Shown piece by piece: positions 1 through 10,700 of a stretch of DNA of 64,000 nucleotides. The DNA is from Pseudonocardiales bacterium (GTDB taxonomy: Bacteria > Actinomycetota > Actinomycetes > Mycobacteriales > Jatrophihabitantaceae), in contig JAVHVD010000031.1 of the NCBI GenBank assembly GCA_032160745.1, forward strand, positions 25,749-89,748, written 5' to 3'. The notes under the pieces were generated by a model. It saw only the letters and a list, made by a program, of their open reading frames with translations, was not told where the DNA came from and searched no databases. Within the stretch, counting starts at the first letter, position 1. Every line of letters starts with the position of its first letter. Made by a program: the position numbers and the translations under genes.

Positions 1-2
1 AC

Positions 3-485
3 ATGAAGCAGCAGCTGACGAAGTACCCGAACATGAAGCTCGTCTCGACCGTGTACGGCAACGACGACCCGGCGACCTCGCTCACGGTGCTGCAGGGTCT
101 GCTGTCCGCGTATCCGAACCTGAAGGGCATCATCTCGCCCACGACGGTCGGCATCTCGACGGCTGCGCAGTACCTCTCGACGCACAAGGACATCGCCAAG
201 CGGGTCACCCTGACCGGCCTGGGCCTCCCGTCGCAGATGCGCAAGTACATCAAGGACGGCACCGTTCAGTCCTTCGAGCTGTGGAACCCGTCCGACCTGG
301 GTTACCTGGCCGGGTACGCCGCCGCGAGCCTCGCGTCCGGCACCGAGCTCAAGGCGGGGGCGACCTTCACCTCCGGCGCGTTGAACAAGACGTACACGAT
401 GGCGGCCGGTGCGGGCGAACTGTCCGTGGTGCTCGGCCCGCCGACCGTCTTCGACAAGTCCAACATCGACCAGTTCAACTTCTGA
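3..485 (+). CDS. rhaS: Rhamnose ABC transporter substrate-binding protein, C-terminal part (5' truncated by window edge)
   Basis: YPNLKGIISPTTVGI...TGLGLPSQMR...LWNPSDLGY...FDKSNIDQFNF is typical of RhaS/LsrB-like sugar-binding proteins; leads the rhamnose operon. Confidence 0.85.
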   Translation: MKQQLTKYPNMKLVSTVYGNDDPATSLTVLQGLLSAYPNLKGIISPTTVGISTAAQYLSTHKDIAKRVTLTGLGLPSQMRKYIKDGTVQSFELWNPSDLGYLAGYAAASLASGTELKAGATFTSGALNKTYTMAAGAGELSVVLGPPTVFDKSNIDQFNF

Positions 486-491
486 TCCGCG

Positions 492-530
492 TCCGGCCGG
501 CGCGCGCCCACCTGACGCGCGCCGGCCGGA
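492..530 (+). terminator. GC-rich stem-loop after the substrate-binding protein gene (mRNA stabiliser or terminator)
   Basis: TCCGGCCGGCGCGCG (492-506) and CGCGCGCCGGCCGGA (516-530) form a perfect 15-bp inverted repeat; no U-tract. Confidence 0.6.
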
Positions 531-549
531 GAACACCCAAGGACGTCGC

Positions 550-921
550 ATGGCTTCGCGGTACTGCTTCCTGCTGCAGGTCCGTCCGGAACTGCTGGCC
601 GAGTACCGCGAGCGGCACGCGGCCGTGTGGCCGGACATGCTGCAGGCCCTCCGGGACACCGGTTGGCGGAACTACTCGATCTTCGCCCGCCCGGACGGGT
701 TGCTGGTCGGCTACGTCGAGGCGGACGACCTGGACGCGGCGCAGGAGGCGATGGCCCGCACCGAGGTCAACGCCCGCTGGCAGGCCGGGATGAGCAAGTA
801 CTTCGTCGGGCTGGACGGGCGCGGACCCGACGAATCGTTCGTGTTGCTCGAGGAGATCTTCAACCTCGACGACCAACTCGCCCAGCGCTCGAAGAACACA
901 CGCGAGGAGCCGACACCATGA
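550..921 (+). CDS. rhaM: L-rhamnose mutarotase
   Basis: MASRYCFLLQVRPELLAEYRERHAAVWPDML...GWRNYSIF...VNARWQ; EY..RH..VWP motif; ATG at 550 within track ORF 409..921. Confidence 0.9.
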   Translation: MASRYCFLLQVRPELLAEYRERHAAVWPDMLQALRDTGWRNYSIFARPDGLLVGYVEADDLDAAQEAMARTEVNARWQAGMSKYFVGLDGRGPDESFVLLEEIFNLDDQLAQRSKNTREEPTP

Positions 922-2372
922 CCACCGTCGCAGCAGGCGCGGGCCGCGCCACGGGACTCGACCGGGTCACCGCACGCCGGACCAAGATCGGTCTCGTCGC
1001 CGGCGGTCTGGGTGCCTATTGGCCGCAGTTCCCCGATCTGCTGCCGCAACTGCAGACATCCGCCCGTCGCGTGTCCGAACGCATGCAGGCGCTGGACTGC
1101 GACGTCGTCGACGTCGGCTTCATCTCCGATGCCGAGGACGGTGCCCGGGCGGCCGAGCAGCTGCGGGTGGCCGGCTGTGACCTGATCGTCGGCTTCCTCA
1201 CCACGTACATGACCGCCTCGATGCTCGCGCCGATCGCCCAGCGCAGCGGCGCGCCGGTGCTGCTCATCAACCTGCAGCCGACCGAGGCGATGGACCATGC
1301 CACGTTCGACACCGGTCAGTGGCTCGCATACTGCGGCGCCTGCCCGTTGCCGGAGATGGCCAACACCTTCCTGCGCCTCGGCGTGCCGTTTCGTTCGGTG
1401 TCGGGATATCTCGAGGACGAGCGGGCGTGGTCGCGGATCAGCCGCTGGATCAAGGCCGCCGGCGTCCGGGGCGCACTGCGGACCGGCCGGCACGGCCTGA
1501 TGGGGCACCTGTACCCGGGCATGCTCGACGTCTCTACCGACCTCACCCTCGTCCCGGCCAACTTCGGCGGGCACATGGAGGTTCTCGAGTTCGACGATCT
1601 ACGGGTCCGGGTCGACGCCGTCACCGACGCGCAGGTCGACCAGCGGATCGCGCTGGCCCGCGACGTCTTCCAGGTCGACGACTCAGTCGTCGAAGAGGAC
1701 TTCCGCTGGGCAGCGAAGGTCTCGGTGGGCCTCGACCGGCTGGTCGACGACTTCGGACTGGACAGCCTCGCCTACTACCACCGCGGCCTCGAGGGCGAAC
1801 AGCACGAGCGGCTGGGCGCCGGGATGATCCTCGGCGCCTCGCTGCTGACCGCGCGCGGCATTCCGGCGTGCGGTGAGTACGAACTGCGCACCTCGCTCGC
1901 GATGCTCATCGTCGACCGGCTCGGCGGCGGCGGCTCGTTCACCGAGCTGCAGGCGCTCAACTTCAACGACGACGTCGTCGAGATGGGCCACGACGGACCG
2001 GCACACCTGGCCATCAGCGAGCACCGTCCACTCCTGCGTGGCCTCGGCGTCTACCACGGCAAGCGCGGTTGGGGTGTGTCCGTCGAGTTCGACGTGAAGC
2101 ACGGCCCGGTCACCACCTTCGGCATCGCCCAGCAGCGCGACGGCGCGTTCCGCTTCGTCGTCTCGACCGGCACCGTGGTGCCCGGTCCGGTGCTGCAGAT
2201 CGGCAACACGACCTCGCGGGTCGACTTCGGCTGCGACCCCGGCGAGTGGGTCGACACCTGGAGTGCGACCGGCATCTCCCACCACTGGGCGCTCGGGGTG
2301 GGCGACCTCCTCCCGGAACTGCGGGCGACCGCCGACCTACTCGGGGTCGAGCTGGTCGAAGTCACCCCCTGA
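918..2372 (+). CDS. L-fucose/L-arabinose isomerase family protein
   Basis: GEYE, GGSFTE, MGHDGPAH and terminal SHHWALGVG motifs; ATG 918 overlaps rhaM stop (ATGA) after GAGGAG. Confidence 0.8.
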   Translation: MTTVAAGAGRATGLDRVTARRTKIGLVAGGLGAYWPQFPDLLPQLQTSARRVSERMQALDCDVVDVGFISDAEDGARAAEQLRVAGCDLIVGFLTTYMTASMLAPIAQRSGAPVLLINLQPTEAMDHATFDTGQWLAYCGACPLPEMANTFLRLGVPFRSVSGYLEDERAWSRISRWIKAAGVRGALRTGRHGLMGHLYPGMLDVSTDLTLVPANFGGHMEVLEFDDLRVRVDAVTDAQVDQRIALARDVFQVDDSVVEEDFRWAAKVSVGLDRLVDDFGLDSLAYYHRGLEGEQHERLGAGMILGASLLTARGIPACGEYELRTSLAMLIVDRLGGGGSFTELQALNFNDDVVEMGHDGPAHLAISEHRPLLRGLGVYHGKRGWGVSVEFDVKHGPVTTFGIAQQRDGAFRFVVSTGTVVPGPVLQIGNTTSRVDFGCDPGEWVDTWSATGISHHWALGVGDLLPELRATADLLGVELVEVTP

Positions 2373-2405
2373 GATCCACGACTACGCAACGAAAGCAGGT
2401 CAGAC

Positions 2406-3572
2406 ATGGTCGACGGTGAGGCCGTCAAGGCGGTTCTCCGGACGCAGCGCATCGAACTCCCGTCGTGGGCGTTCGGCAACTCCGGAACGCGGTTCAAGGT
2501 GTTCGCCCAACCGGGTGTGCCGCGCGACCCGTTCGAGAAGATCGCCGACGCCGCGCAGGTGCACCGCTACACCGGCGTGGCTCCGAGCGTTGCGCTGCAC
2601 ATCCCGTGGGACAAGGTCGACGACTACGCCGTCCTCGCCGCCGCGGCCAAGGACCTGGGTATCGAGCTCGGCACCATCAACGCCAACGTCTTCCAGGACG
2701 ACGACTACATGCTGGGCAGCATCACCAACCCGGACCCGCGCATCCGGCGCAAGGCGCTGGACCACCTGTTCGAGTGCGTGGACGTGATGGACCAGACCGG
2801 GTCGCGCGACCTCAAGCTCTGGTTCTCCGACGGCACGAACTACCCCGGCCAGGACAACATCCGCGCCCGGCAGGACCGGCTGGCCGAGGGCCTGCACGCG
2901 GTGTACGAGCGGCTCGGCGAAGACCAGCGGCTCATCCTCGAGTACAAGCTGTTCGAGCCGGCGTTCTACACGATGGACGTGCCGGACTGGGGCACCTCCT
3001 ACGCGCACTGCCTGCAGCTCGGGGAACGGGCCAAGGTGTGCGTCGACACCGGGCACCACGCACCCGGGACCAACATCGAGTTCATCGTCGCGTTCCTGCT
3101 GCGGGCCGAGAAGCTGGGCGCGTTCGACTTCAACTCACGCTTCTACGCGGACGACGACCTCATGGTCGGCTCGGCGGACCCGTTCCAGCTCTTCCGGATC
3201 ATGTTCGAGGTGGCGACGGCCGGCGGCTTCGACGCGGACAGCGACATCGCCTTCATGCTCGACCAGTGCCACAACATCGAGCCGAAGATCCCCGGCCAGA
3301 TCCGCTCGGTGATGAACGTCCAGGAGGCGACCGCCAAGGCCCTGCTCGTCGATGTGGACGCGCTGTCCGCGGCGCAGCAGGCCGGTGACGTCCTCGGCGC
3401 CAACGCGGTGCTGATGGACGCCTACAACACAGATGTCCGACCCCTGCTCGCCGACCTCCGTTCCGAGCAGGGGCTGCGGGCGGACCCGATGACGGCCTAT
3501 GCCGCGTCCGGTTATGCGGAGCGCATCGTCACCGAACGTATCGGCGGCCAGGCGGCCGGCTGGGGTGCGTAA
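2406..3572 (+). CDS. rhaI: L-rhamnose isomerase (actinobacterial RhaI type)
   Basis: IELPSWAFGNSGTRF, VALHIPWD, LEYKLFEPAFY, DTGHH, FDFNSRFYADDDL, MLDQCHNIE. Confidence 0.93.
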   Translation: MVDGEAVKAVLRTQRIELPSWAFGNSGTRFKVFAQPGVPRDPFEKIADAAQVHRYTGVAPSVALHIPWDKVDDYAVLAAAAKDLGIELGTINANVFQDDDYMLGSITNPDPRIRRKALDHLFECVDVMDQTGSRDLKLWFSDGTNYPGQDNIRARQDRLAEGLHAVYERLGEDQRLILEYKLFEPAFYTMDVPDWGTSYAHCLQLGERAKVCVDTGHHAPGTNIEFIVAFLLRAEKLGAFDFNSRFYADDDLMVGSADPFQLFRIMFEVATAGGFDADSDIAFMLDQCHNIEPKIPGQIRSVMNVQEATAKALLVDVDALSAAQQAGDVLGANAVLMDAYNTDVRPLLADLRSEQGLRADPMTAYAASGYAERIVTERIGGQAAGWGA

Positions 3573-3612
3573 TCAATCTGAATGCGAAGGCAATCTCAAC
3601 GCGAAGGAAGTC

Positions 3613-5646
3613 ATGACCGAGACCAGCACCGTCGACCAGTTGATCGTTCGCTCCAACCGGCTCGGCGCCGACCCCCGCAACACGAACTACGCCGGCGGCA
3701 ACACATCGGCCAAGGGCACGGCGACCGACCCGGTGACGTCCTCGCCCGTCGAGTTGATGTGGGTCAAGGGGTCCGGCGGGGATCTCGGCACGTTGAACCC
3801 GGCCGGGCTGGCCGTCCTGCGGCTGGATCGGCTGCGGGCGCTCGTCGACGTGTACCCGGGCGTCGAGCGTGAGGACGAGATGGTAGCGGCGTTCGACTAC
3901 TGCTTGCACGGCAAGGGGGGCGCGGCGCCGTCCATCGACACGGCGATGCACGGGCTCGTCGACCAGCCGCACGTCGATCACCTGCACCCGGACTCCGGTA
4001 TCGCGTTCGCGACGGCGGCCGAGGGCGAGAAGCTCACCGCCGCGTGCTTCGGCGACCGCGTGGTGTGGGTTCCGTGGCGGCGTCCCGGTTTCCAGCTCGG
4101 CCTCGACATCGCCGCAATCGCGCGGGCCAACCCGCAGGCCATCGGCTGTGTGCTCGGCGGCCACGGCATCACGGCGTGGGGCGCGACCAGCGACCAGTGC
4201 GAGGCCAACTCGCTCGAGATCATCCGCACGGCCGAGGCGTTTCTCGTCGAGCACGGCCGCCCCGAACCGTTCGGTGCGGTGGTCCACGAGACCCTGCCCG
4301 AGGACGAGCGGCAGCTCCGGGCCGCGGCGCTCGCGCCGGTGCTGCGCGGCCTCGCCTCGACCGACCGGCCGCAGGTCGGGCACTACACCGACTCCGAGGT
4401 CGTCCTCGACTTCGTGTCGCGCGCCGAGCATTCGCGGTTGGCCGCGCTGGGCACGTCCTGCCCGGACCACTTCCTGCGGACCAAGGTGCGCCCGATGGTC
4501 CTGGACCTGCCGCCGACGGCGCCGCTCGAGGACGTAATCGCCCGGCTGAAGGAATTGCACGCGGCCTACCGCGACGACTACGCGGCGTACTACCAGAAGT
4601 ACGCGACCGCCGGCTCGCCCCCGATGCGCGGCGCCGACCCGGCGATCGTGCTGGTGCCGGGCGTCGGCATGTTCAGCTTCGGATCGAACAAGCAGACCGC
4701 GCGCGTGGCCGGCGAGTTCTACGTCAACGCGATCAACGTGATGCGTGGTGCCGAGTCGATCTCGACGTACGCGCCGATCGACGAGTCGGAGAAGTTCCGC
4801 ATCGAGTACTGGGCGCTCGAAGAGGCGAAGCTGGCCCGGATGCCGAAGCCGAAGGCGCTCGCCACTCGCATCGCCCTGGTGACCGGCGGCGGTTCGGGCA
4901 TCGGCCGGGCCATCGCCCATCGGTTGGCCGCAGAAGGCGCGTGCGTCGTCGTCACCGACCGGGACGCCGCCGCGGCCGCGACCGTGGCCTCCGAGTTGGG
5001 CTCGGCCGACGTCGCGGTCGCCGTGACCGTCGACGTCACTGACGAGGCCGGTATCGCCGACTCGTTCGCCGCCGCGGCCCTGGCCTTCGGCGGTGTCGAC
5101 CTCGTCGTGAACAACGCCGGCCTGTCGATCTCCAAGCCGCTGCTCGAGACGTCGACCGCCGACTGGGATGTGCAGCACGAGGTGATGGCCCGCGGCTCGT
5201 TCCTCGTCGCCCGCGAGGCGGCGCGGGTGATGCAAGCACAAGGGATGGGCGGCGACATCGTCTACATCGCGTCCAAGAACAGCGTCTTCGCCGGACCGAA
5301 CAACGTGGCTTATGGCGCGGCGAAAGCGGATCAGGCGCACCAGGTACGGCTGCTCGCCGCCGAGCTCGGGGAACTGGGCATTCGGGTGAACGGGGTGAAC
5401 CCCGATGGAGTGGTCCGCGGGTCGGGCATCTTCGCCGGCGGGTGGGGGGCGCAGCGCGCAGCCGTCTACGGCGTGGCCGAAGAGGACCTCGGCGCGTTCT
5501 ACGCCCAGCGCACTCTGCTCAAGCGTGAGGTACTGCCTGAGCACGTGGCCGACGCGGTCTTCGCGCTCACCGGCGGTGACCTTTCGCAGACGACCGGTCT
5601 GCACATTCCTGTGGATGCCGGAGTCGCCGCGGCATTCCTGCGCTGA
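3613..5646 (+). CDS. rhaD: Bifunctional rhamnulose-1-phosphate aldolase / short-chain dehydrogenase
   Basis: NYAGGNTSAK, WVKGSGGDL, PSIDTAMH, HLHPD, SCPDHFLRTK, followed by an SDR domain (TGGGSGIG, NNAG, YGAAK). Confidence 0.92.
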   Translation: MTETSTVDQLIVRSNRLGADPRNTNYAGGNTSAKGTATDPVTSSPVELMWVKGSGGDLGTLNPAGLAVLRLDRLRALVDVYPGVEREDEMVAAFDYCLHGKGGAAPSIDTAMHGLVDQPHVDHLHPDSGIAFATAAEGEKLTAACFGDRVVWVPWRRPGFQLGLDIAAIARANPQAIGCVLGGHGITAWGATSDQCEANSLEIIRTAEAFLVEHGRPEPFGAVVHETLPEDERQLRAAALAPVLRGLASTDRPQVGHYTDSEVVLDFVSRAEHSRLAALGTSCPDHFLRTKVRPMVLDLPPTAPLEDVIARLKELHAAYRDDYAAYYQKYATAGSPPMRGADPAIVLVPGVGMFSFGSNKQTARVAGEFYVNAINVMRGAESISTYAPIDESEKFRIEYWALEEAKLARMPKPKALATRIALVTGGGSGIGRAIAHRLAAEGACVVVTDRDAAAAATVASELGSADVAVAVTVDVTDEAGIADSFAAAALAFGGVDLVVNNAGLSISKPLLETSTADWDVQHEVMARGSFLVAREAARVMQAQGMGGDIVYIASKNSVFAGPNNVAYGAAKADQAHQVRLLAAELGELGIRVNGVNPDGVVRGSGIFAGGWGAQRAAVYGVAEEDLGAFYAQRTLLKREVLPEHVADAVFALTGGDLSQTTGLHIPVDAGVAAAFLR

Positions 5647-5665
5647 CCGACGAGAGGGAGCACTG

Positions 5666-5884
5666 ATGAGTGGAGTCGCCCTGAGTGAACGCCTGACGCT
5701 CGACCCCGAGGAGCGGGAGCTGGTCCGGCTGCTCGCCGAGGGTCTTGTGCTCGACGCCGTCGCGCGCCGCCTCGCTGTCAGTGAACGTACGGTGCGGCGC
5801 CGGATCCGGACGCTGTGTGATCGCTTCGGTGTGGACACGCCGGTGCAGGTCGTGGTCATCCTCGTGCGCAACGGCGTCTTGTAG
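5666..5884 (+). CDS. Stand-alone LuxR-type helix-turn-helix protein (72 aa)
   Basis: LDPEERELVRLLAEGL..DAVARRLAVSERTVRRRIRTLCDRFGV fits the LuxR C-terminal HTH pattern; GAGGGAG RBS before ATG 5666. Confidence 0.75.
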   Translation: MSGVALSERLTLDPEERELVRLLAEGLVLDAVARRLAVSERTVRRRIRTLCDRFGVDTPVQVVVILVRNGVL

Positions 5885-7312
5885 GTGCCCGTGGTTGCGT
5901 CGTTCGCCGCGGTCGATCTCGGGGCGTCGTCGGGTCGGGTGATGGTCGCCGACATCGGCGCGGACGGCGTCGGGCTGCGCGAGGTGCACCGGTTCGTCAA
6001 CCGACCGGTGCGGGTGGACGGCACGCTGCAGTGGGACGTGCTCGCGCTGTGGGCCGGGGTCGTGGACGGGCTGCGGATCGCGAGCCGGCAGGCGGCGTCC
6101 CTGGGGGGGATCGGCGTCGACTCGTGGGCGGTCGACTACGCGCTGCTGGACGGGGACGGCGCCCTGCTCGGCAACCCGGTGCACTACCGCGACACCCGGA
6201 CCGACGGCGTGGCCGACGCGGTGGCCGAGGTGATTCCGCCGGAGGAGCTGTATGCGGTGACCGGCGTCCAACGGCTGCCGTTCAACACCATCTACCAGCT
6301 GGTCGCGGCTCGAGAGAGCGCGGCGATGCGCAACGCGTCCTGCCTCCTGATGATCCCGGACCTCTTCGGCTACTGGCTGACCGGCGAGCGCAGCGGCGAG
6401 GTCACCAACGCGTCCACGACCGGGCTCTTCGACGTGCGGGCGCGCGAATGGTCGACCGAGTCGGCGAAACGGCTGGACCTGCGGGTCGAGCTGTTGCCGC
6501 CGGTGCGGGAGCCCGGCGAGCGGATCGGGACGCTGCTGGCGTCAGTGGCGGACGAGTGCGGATTGGGGCAGGTGCCGGTGTGGACGGTCGGCTCCCACGA
6601 CACCGCCTCGGCCGTGCTCGGCGTCCCCGCGCGTGATGAGCGCTTCGCCTACATCTCGTGCGGCACCTGGTCGCTCGTGGGCGTCGAGTTGGACGCACCG
6701 GTGACGACCGCGGCCGCCCGGGCGGCCAATTTCAGCAACGAGCTGGGCGTGGACGCGACGGTGCGCTTCCTGCGCAACGTGATGGGATTGTGGCTGCTGC
6801 AGGAGTCGGTCCGCACGTGGGAGCGCGACGGCTCGTCGGTCGATCTGCCGCGGTTGCTGGCCGAGGCCGCGGCCGTGCCCGCTCGGCGCAGCGTGATCGA
6901 CCCGGACCGGCCCGAGTTCCTGCCGCCCGGTGACATGCCGTCGCGGTTGCGGGCCGAGTGCCGGCGGACCGACCAGGCGGTGCCGCAGACGCGGGCCGAG
7001 ATCACCCGGTGCATCCTCGACAGCCTCGCCGCGGCCTATCGGCGCACGGTGCGCGACGCTGCGGCGCTGTCGGGCGCGGCGGTCGAGGTGGTGCACCTGG
7101 TCGGTGGCGGCGCGCGCAACGCGCTGCTGTGCCAGCTGACCGCGGACGCCTGCGAGCTGCCGGTGGTGGCTGGGCCGGTGGAGGCCGCGGCCTACGGGAA
7201 CGTGCTCGTCCAGGCCCGGGCGGCCGGCGTGGTGAGCGGTGACCGCACCGAGCTGCGGTCGCTGCTGCGCGGCACGGACACGGTGACTTACCAGCCCCGG
7301 CCGAGCGTCTGA
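5885..7312 (+). CDS. rhaB: Rhamnulokinase
   Basis: AVDLGASSGRV, GIGVDSWAVDY, HYRD, VGSHDTASAV, ISCGTWSLVG, VGGGARN, GPVEA (FGGY kinase). Confidence 0.93.
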   Translation: MPVVASFAAVDLGASSGRVMVADIGADGVGLREVHRFVNRPVRVDGTLQWDVLALWAGVVDGLRIASRQAASLGGIGVDSWAVDYALLDGDGALLGNPVHYRDTRTDGVADAVAEVIPPEELYAVTGVQRLPFNTIYQLVAARESAAMRNASCLLMIPDLFGYWLTGERSGEVTNASTTGLFDVRAREWSTESAKRLDLRVELLPPVREPGERIGTLLASVADECGLGQVPVWTVGSHDTASAVLGVPARDERFAYISCGTWSLVGVELDAPVTTAAARAANFSNELGVDATVRFLRNVMGLWLLQESVRTWERDGSSVDLPRLLAEAAAVPARRSVIDPDRPEFLPPGDMPSRLRAECRRTDQAVPQTRAEITRCILDSLAAAYRRTVRDAAALSGAAVEVVHLVGGGARNALLCQLTADACELPVVAGPVEAAAYGNVLVQARAAGVVSGDRTELRSLLRGTDTVTYQPRPSV

Positions 7313-7324
7313 CCGAGTTACGGC

Positions 7325-7591
7325 TCACGACCCGATGCCCGGCGGCTCGGCCGGGTCAGGCCGCTGGTCATGGGCGATGGCGATGCCCCGGCGAAGCGTG
7401 ATCATCGTCAGGCTGGCCTGCACCTGCGCGCGGGTCGTCTGCCGGCGGACGTCCAGCGGGAGGCGGCCCCAGACCGCGTCGAGGATCTCGTCGACGGTGA
7501 CGTTGGAGGCGGTCTCGTCGCGCTCGCGGGCGTCGCGGTCGTGCCGGGTGAGGGCGTCCTCTATCCAGGCGCGCAGTTCGGCTCGGTCCAC
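7325..7591 (-). CDS. Hypothetical protein (88 aa)
   Basis: Fills the gap after rhaB; GGAG before the GTG start; helical, natural-looking composition; no family recognised. Confidence 0.5.
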   Translation of the reverse strand: MDRAELRAWIEDALTRHDRDARERDETASNVTVDEILDAVWGRLPLDVRRQTTRAQVQASLTMITLRRGIAIAHDQRPDPAEPPGIGS

Positions 7592-7770
7592 GGCTCCAGT
7601 GTGCGGGTTTCCGCACCAGCCCCGGCGATCGTGACAGCCCTTCGCCCGCCATGGCGAGCAAGGTGCTCGGCACGCCCGTGACGCGCAGCGCGGCGCCGAC
7701 CGGTTTGGCCGGATTCGGTCATCTCGTCGGGAGCTCTTGTCCGCCTACGTCCGATGCCATAGCAATGGGC

Positions 7771-7785
7771 ATTGAAACGTTTTAT
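7771..7785 (+). promoter_or_regulatory. LacI-family operator-like palindrome upstream of the GH78 operon
   Basis: ATTGAAACGTTTTAT, an AT-rich near-palindrome with central CG; matches the site at 25052-25066. Confidence 0.7.
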
Positions 7786-7796
7786 GTCTCGATTGG

Positions 7797-10700
7797 GTGG
7801 TGAACCACGTGGGCCTGCGGAGGACGACGGCGATGGGCAGCGCGGTTGCGCTGACCGTCGGCCTGATCGTGACCGGCGCAATCACCGGGACCGCGGGGGC
7901 GAGCGCCTCGGGTCCGTCGCCCCGGCCCACCGTGCAGCCGCCCTCGAACCTGCGCGTCGGCGGGCAGGCCGACGGCGCGCTCGTGGGCACCACGCGCCCG
8001 ACGCTCTCGTGGACGGTCAACGACACCGGCCGGTCGGAGGTGCAGGCCGGGTACGAAATCCGGGTCAGCGCAATCGCGTCCGATCTCAACGGGCACGGCA
8101 CCCAGGTGTGGGACTCCGGGCGCACTCGCTCCGCCGCCTCGACCGGTGTGGCCTACGGCGGTCCGCAGCTGGAGGCCGACCACACCTACGAATGGACGGT
8201 GCGCACGTGGAACCGCGAAGGGCAGCGGTCGTCGTGGTCGCACCCGCAGCGCTTCGACGTGGGGCTGCTGACCGTCGGCGACTGGCGCGCGTCCTGGCTG
8301 CAGGCCGCTGACGGCGCGCTCGTACGCCGCGACTTCGTCCTGCCGAAGAAGGTCGCCCGCGCCCGGCTCTACTACGGCGCGCAGGGCCTGCTCGAGCCGC
8401 ACCTCAACGGCGCGCCGCTCGACCCCAAGCAGGTGCTGGACTCGTCGGTCACCGACTACGCCAAGCGCGTCGTCTACCGCGACCTCGACGTCACCGACCG
8501 GCTGCACAAGGGCAGCAACGCGCTCGCGTTCATGCTCGGCAAGGGGCAGTACGCGGGCACGCCCACGTTCATCGCCCAGCTCGAGATCACCTACACCGAT
8601 GGCAGCCACGCCACGATCGCGACCGACGACGGATGGAGGACCGCGGCCGGCCCGGTCACCCGCGACGACTTTTACTACGGCGAGAGCTGGGACGCCCGCC
8701 GGCAGATCACCGGCTGGGACGCCGCCTCGTTCGACGACAGTGCCTGGGCGCCCGTGCCGGTGTACGCGCCGGTGGCGCAGCCGCAAAGCCTCGCGCTGAA
8801 CCGGCCGGTCACCGCCCTGGACGAGACCGCGTGTTGCGGCTGGTCGCGCGCCGCGCTCGTCGACGGCATCGACATGTCCACCGACCAGAGCGAGGGCTAC
8901 CACTCGGCCGTCGCCTCGAGCGCTGACAGCTCGAAGTGGGTGCAGGTGGACCTCGGCAGTGACGAGCAGATCGCCGGTATCACGCTCTTCCCCGCGCACC
9001 CCACGAACGACACGGCCGGCGATTTCCCCGGCGCCGGTTTCCCGGTGCGGTACCGGGTGCAGGTCAGCGACGACCCGACCTTCGCCACGTCCACCACGGT
9101 GGCCGACCGCACCGGCAGCGACCAGCCCAATCCGGGCACGACACCGGTGCCGATCAGCGCGTCGGCCACCGGTCGCTACGTCAGGGTCACCGCCACCGTG
9201 CTGGCCTGCCGCGACACCAGCTGCACGTTCCGCCTCGCCGAGCTCGGCGTCTACAGCGCCCACCCGACCCAGACGTTCGGGCTCACCCATCTCGAAACCG
9301 ACACGACGCCGCCGGCGCGCATAGTGCGCACCGTCGCGCCGACGAAGACGACCGGCCCCGCCCCAGGAGTGCGCGTCTACGACTTCGGTCAGAACTACGT
9401 CGGTCAGGTGACGCTGCGGGCCGACGCGCCGGCCGACACGAAGGTCACCGTCACGAAGGGCGAACTGCTCGATTCGAGCGGACGGGTCAGCACCGCCAAC
9501 ATCAGCTTCTCGGCATCGGACACCGGTCGCCAGATCGACGACTACACCTTCGACGGCTCGGGCGAGCAGGGCTGGACGCCGAACTTCAACTACGCCGGCT
9601 TCCGCTACGCCGAGGTCACCGGGCTGCCCGCGGACGCCCCGGTCAGCGTGGTCGCCGACGTGATCCACAACGACGTCGCGCAGACCGGCACGTTCAGCAC
9701 GTCCAACCCGCTGCTCAACAGCATCCAGGGCGCGCTGCTACAGACCCAGCTCAACGACCTGCAGGGCATGCCGCTGGACTGCCCGACGCGGGAGAAGCGC
9801 GGCTGGCTCGGCGACGCCGGTGACACCGACGCCGAAGCGATGGCCAACCTCGACATGCAGGCGCTCTATTCGAAATGGCTCGGCGACATCCGTACGAGCA
9901 TCAACCCGGACGGCAGCGTGCCGTCCGTGTCGCCGGACCAGGGCGAGGGCAGCCGGTACTACACCGATCCCGCGTGGGGCACGGCCTACCCGCAGGTGGT
10001 CTGGGACAGCTACACCCAGTACGGCGACAAGACGGTCCTGCGCGACAACTATTCACAGGTCAAGGGCTGGGTGGACTACCTCGCGACGATCAGCGACGCC
10101 AACCACATCGTGACGAACTCGCCCGGCTCGTGGGGCGACGACTGGCTCGCCACCGTCAGCACCCCGCACGTGTACTTCCAGACGCTCTTCTATCTGATCG
10201 ACAGCCGGTTGCTGGCGAACATGGCCACCGCGCTGGGCAACACGGCGGACGCCACGAAGTACCAGCAGCTGGCGGCCGCCATCACGACCGGGTTCACCGA
10301 CAAGTACTTCGACGCCGCGACCGACACGTACAGCCCGAATACCCAGCTGGCCTACGCGATGCCGCTCGCGCTGGGCATCGTCCCGGCCGGCCACGAGCAG
10401 GCCGTGCTCGGCCGGCTGGTCGCGGACATCGTCGCGCACGGCGACCACGTCACCACCGGCTTCGTCGGGACGACCTACGTCTACCAGGCGCTGGGGCTCT
10501 ACCACCGCAACGACGTCGCCCTCGCGATCGCCGAGCGCACTGACTTCCCCAGCTTCGGCTACATGCTCGCGAACGGCCCGGGGACCATCTGGGAGAAATG
10601 GACGAACTCGTCCGCGCCGGACGGGACCTCGTCCAAGGATCACATCGGTCTCGCGGGTTCGATCGGCCAGTGGTACTACCAGCAGCTCGCCGGCATCCAG

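Noticed and set aside
3529-6024. Long antisense ORFs (e.g. 831 aa here; also 7782-9668, 15280-17223, 33183-35174, 59080-60906)
   Set aside because: Shadow frames of well-supported genes, expected from high-GC codon bias; no recognisable motifs.
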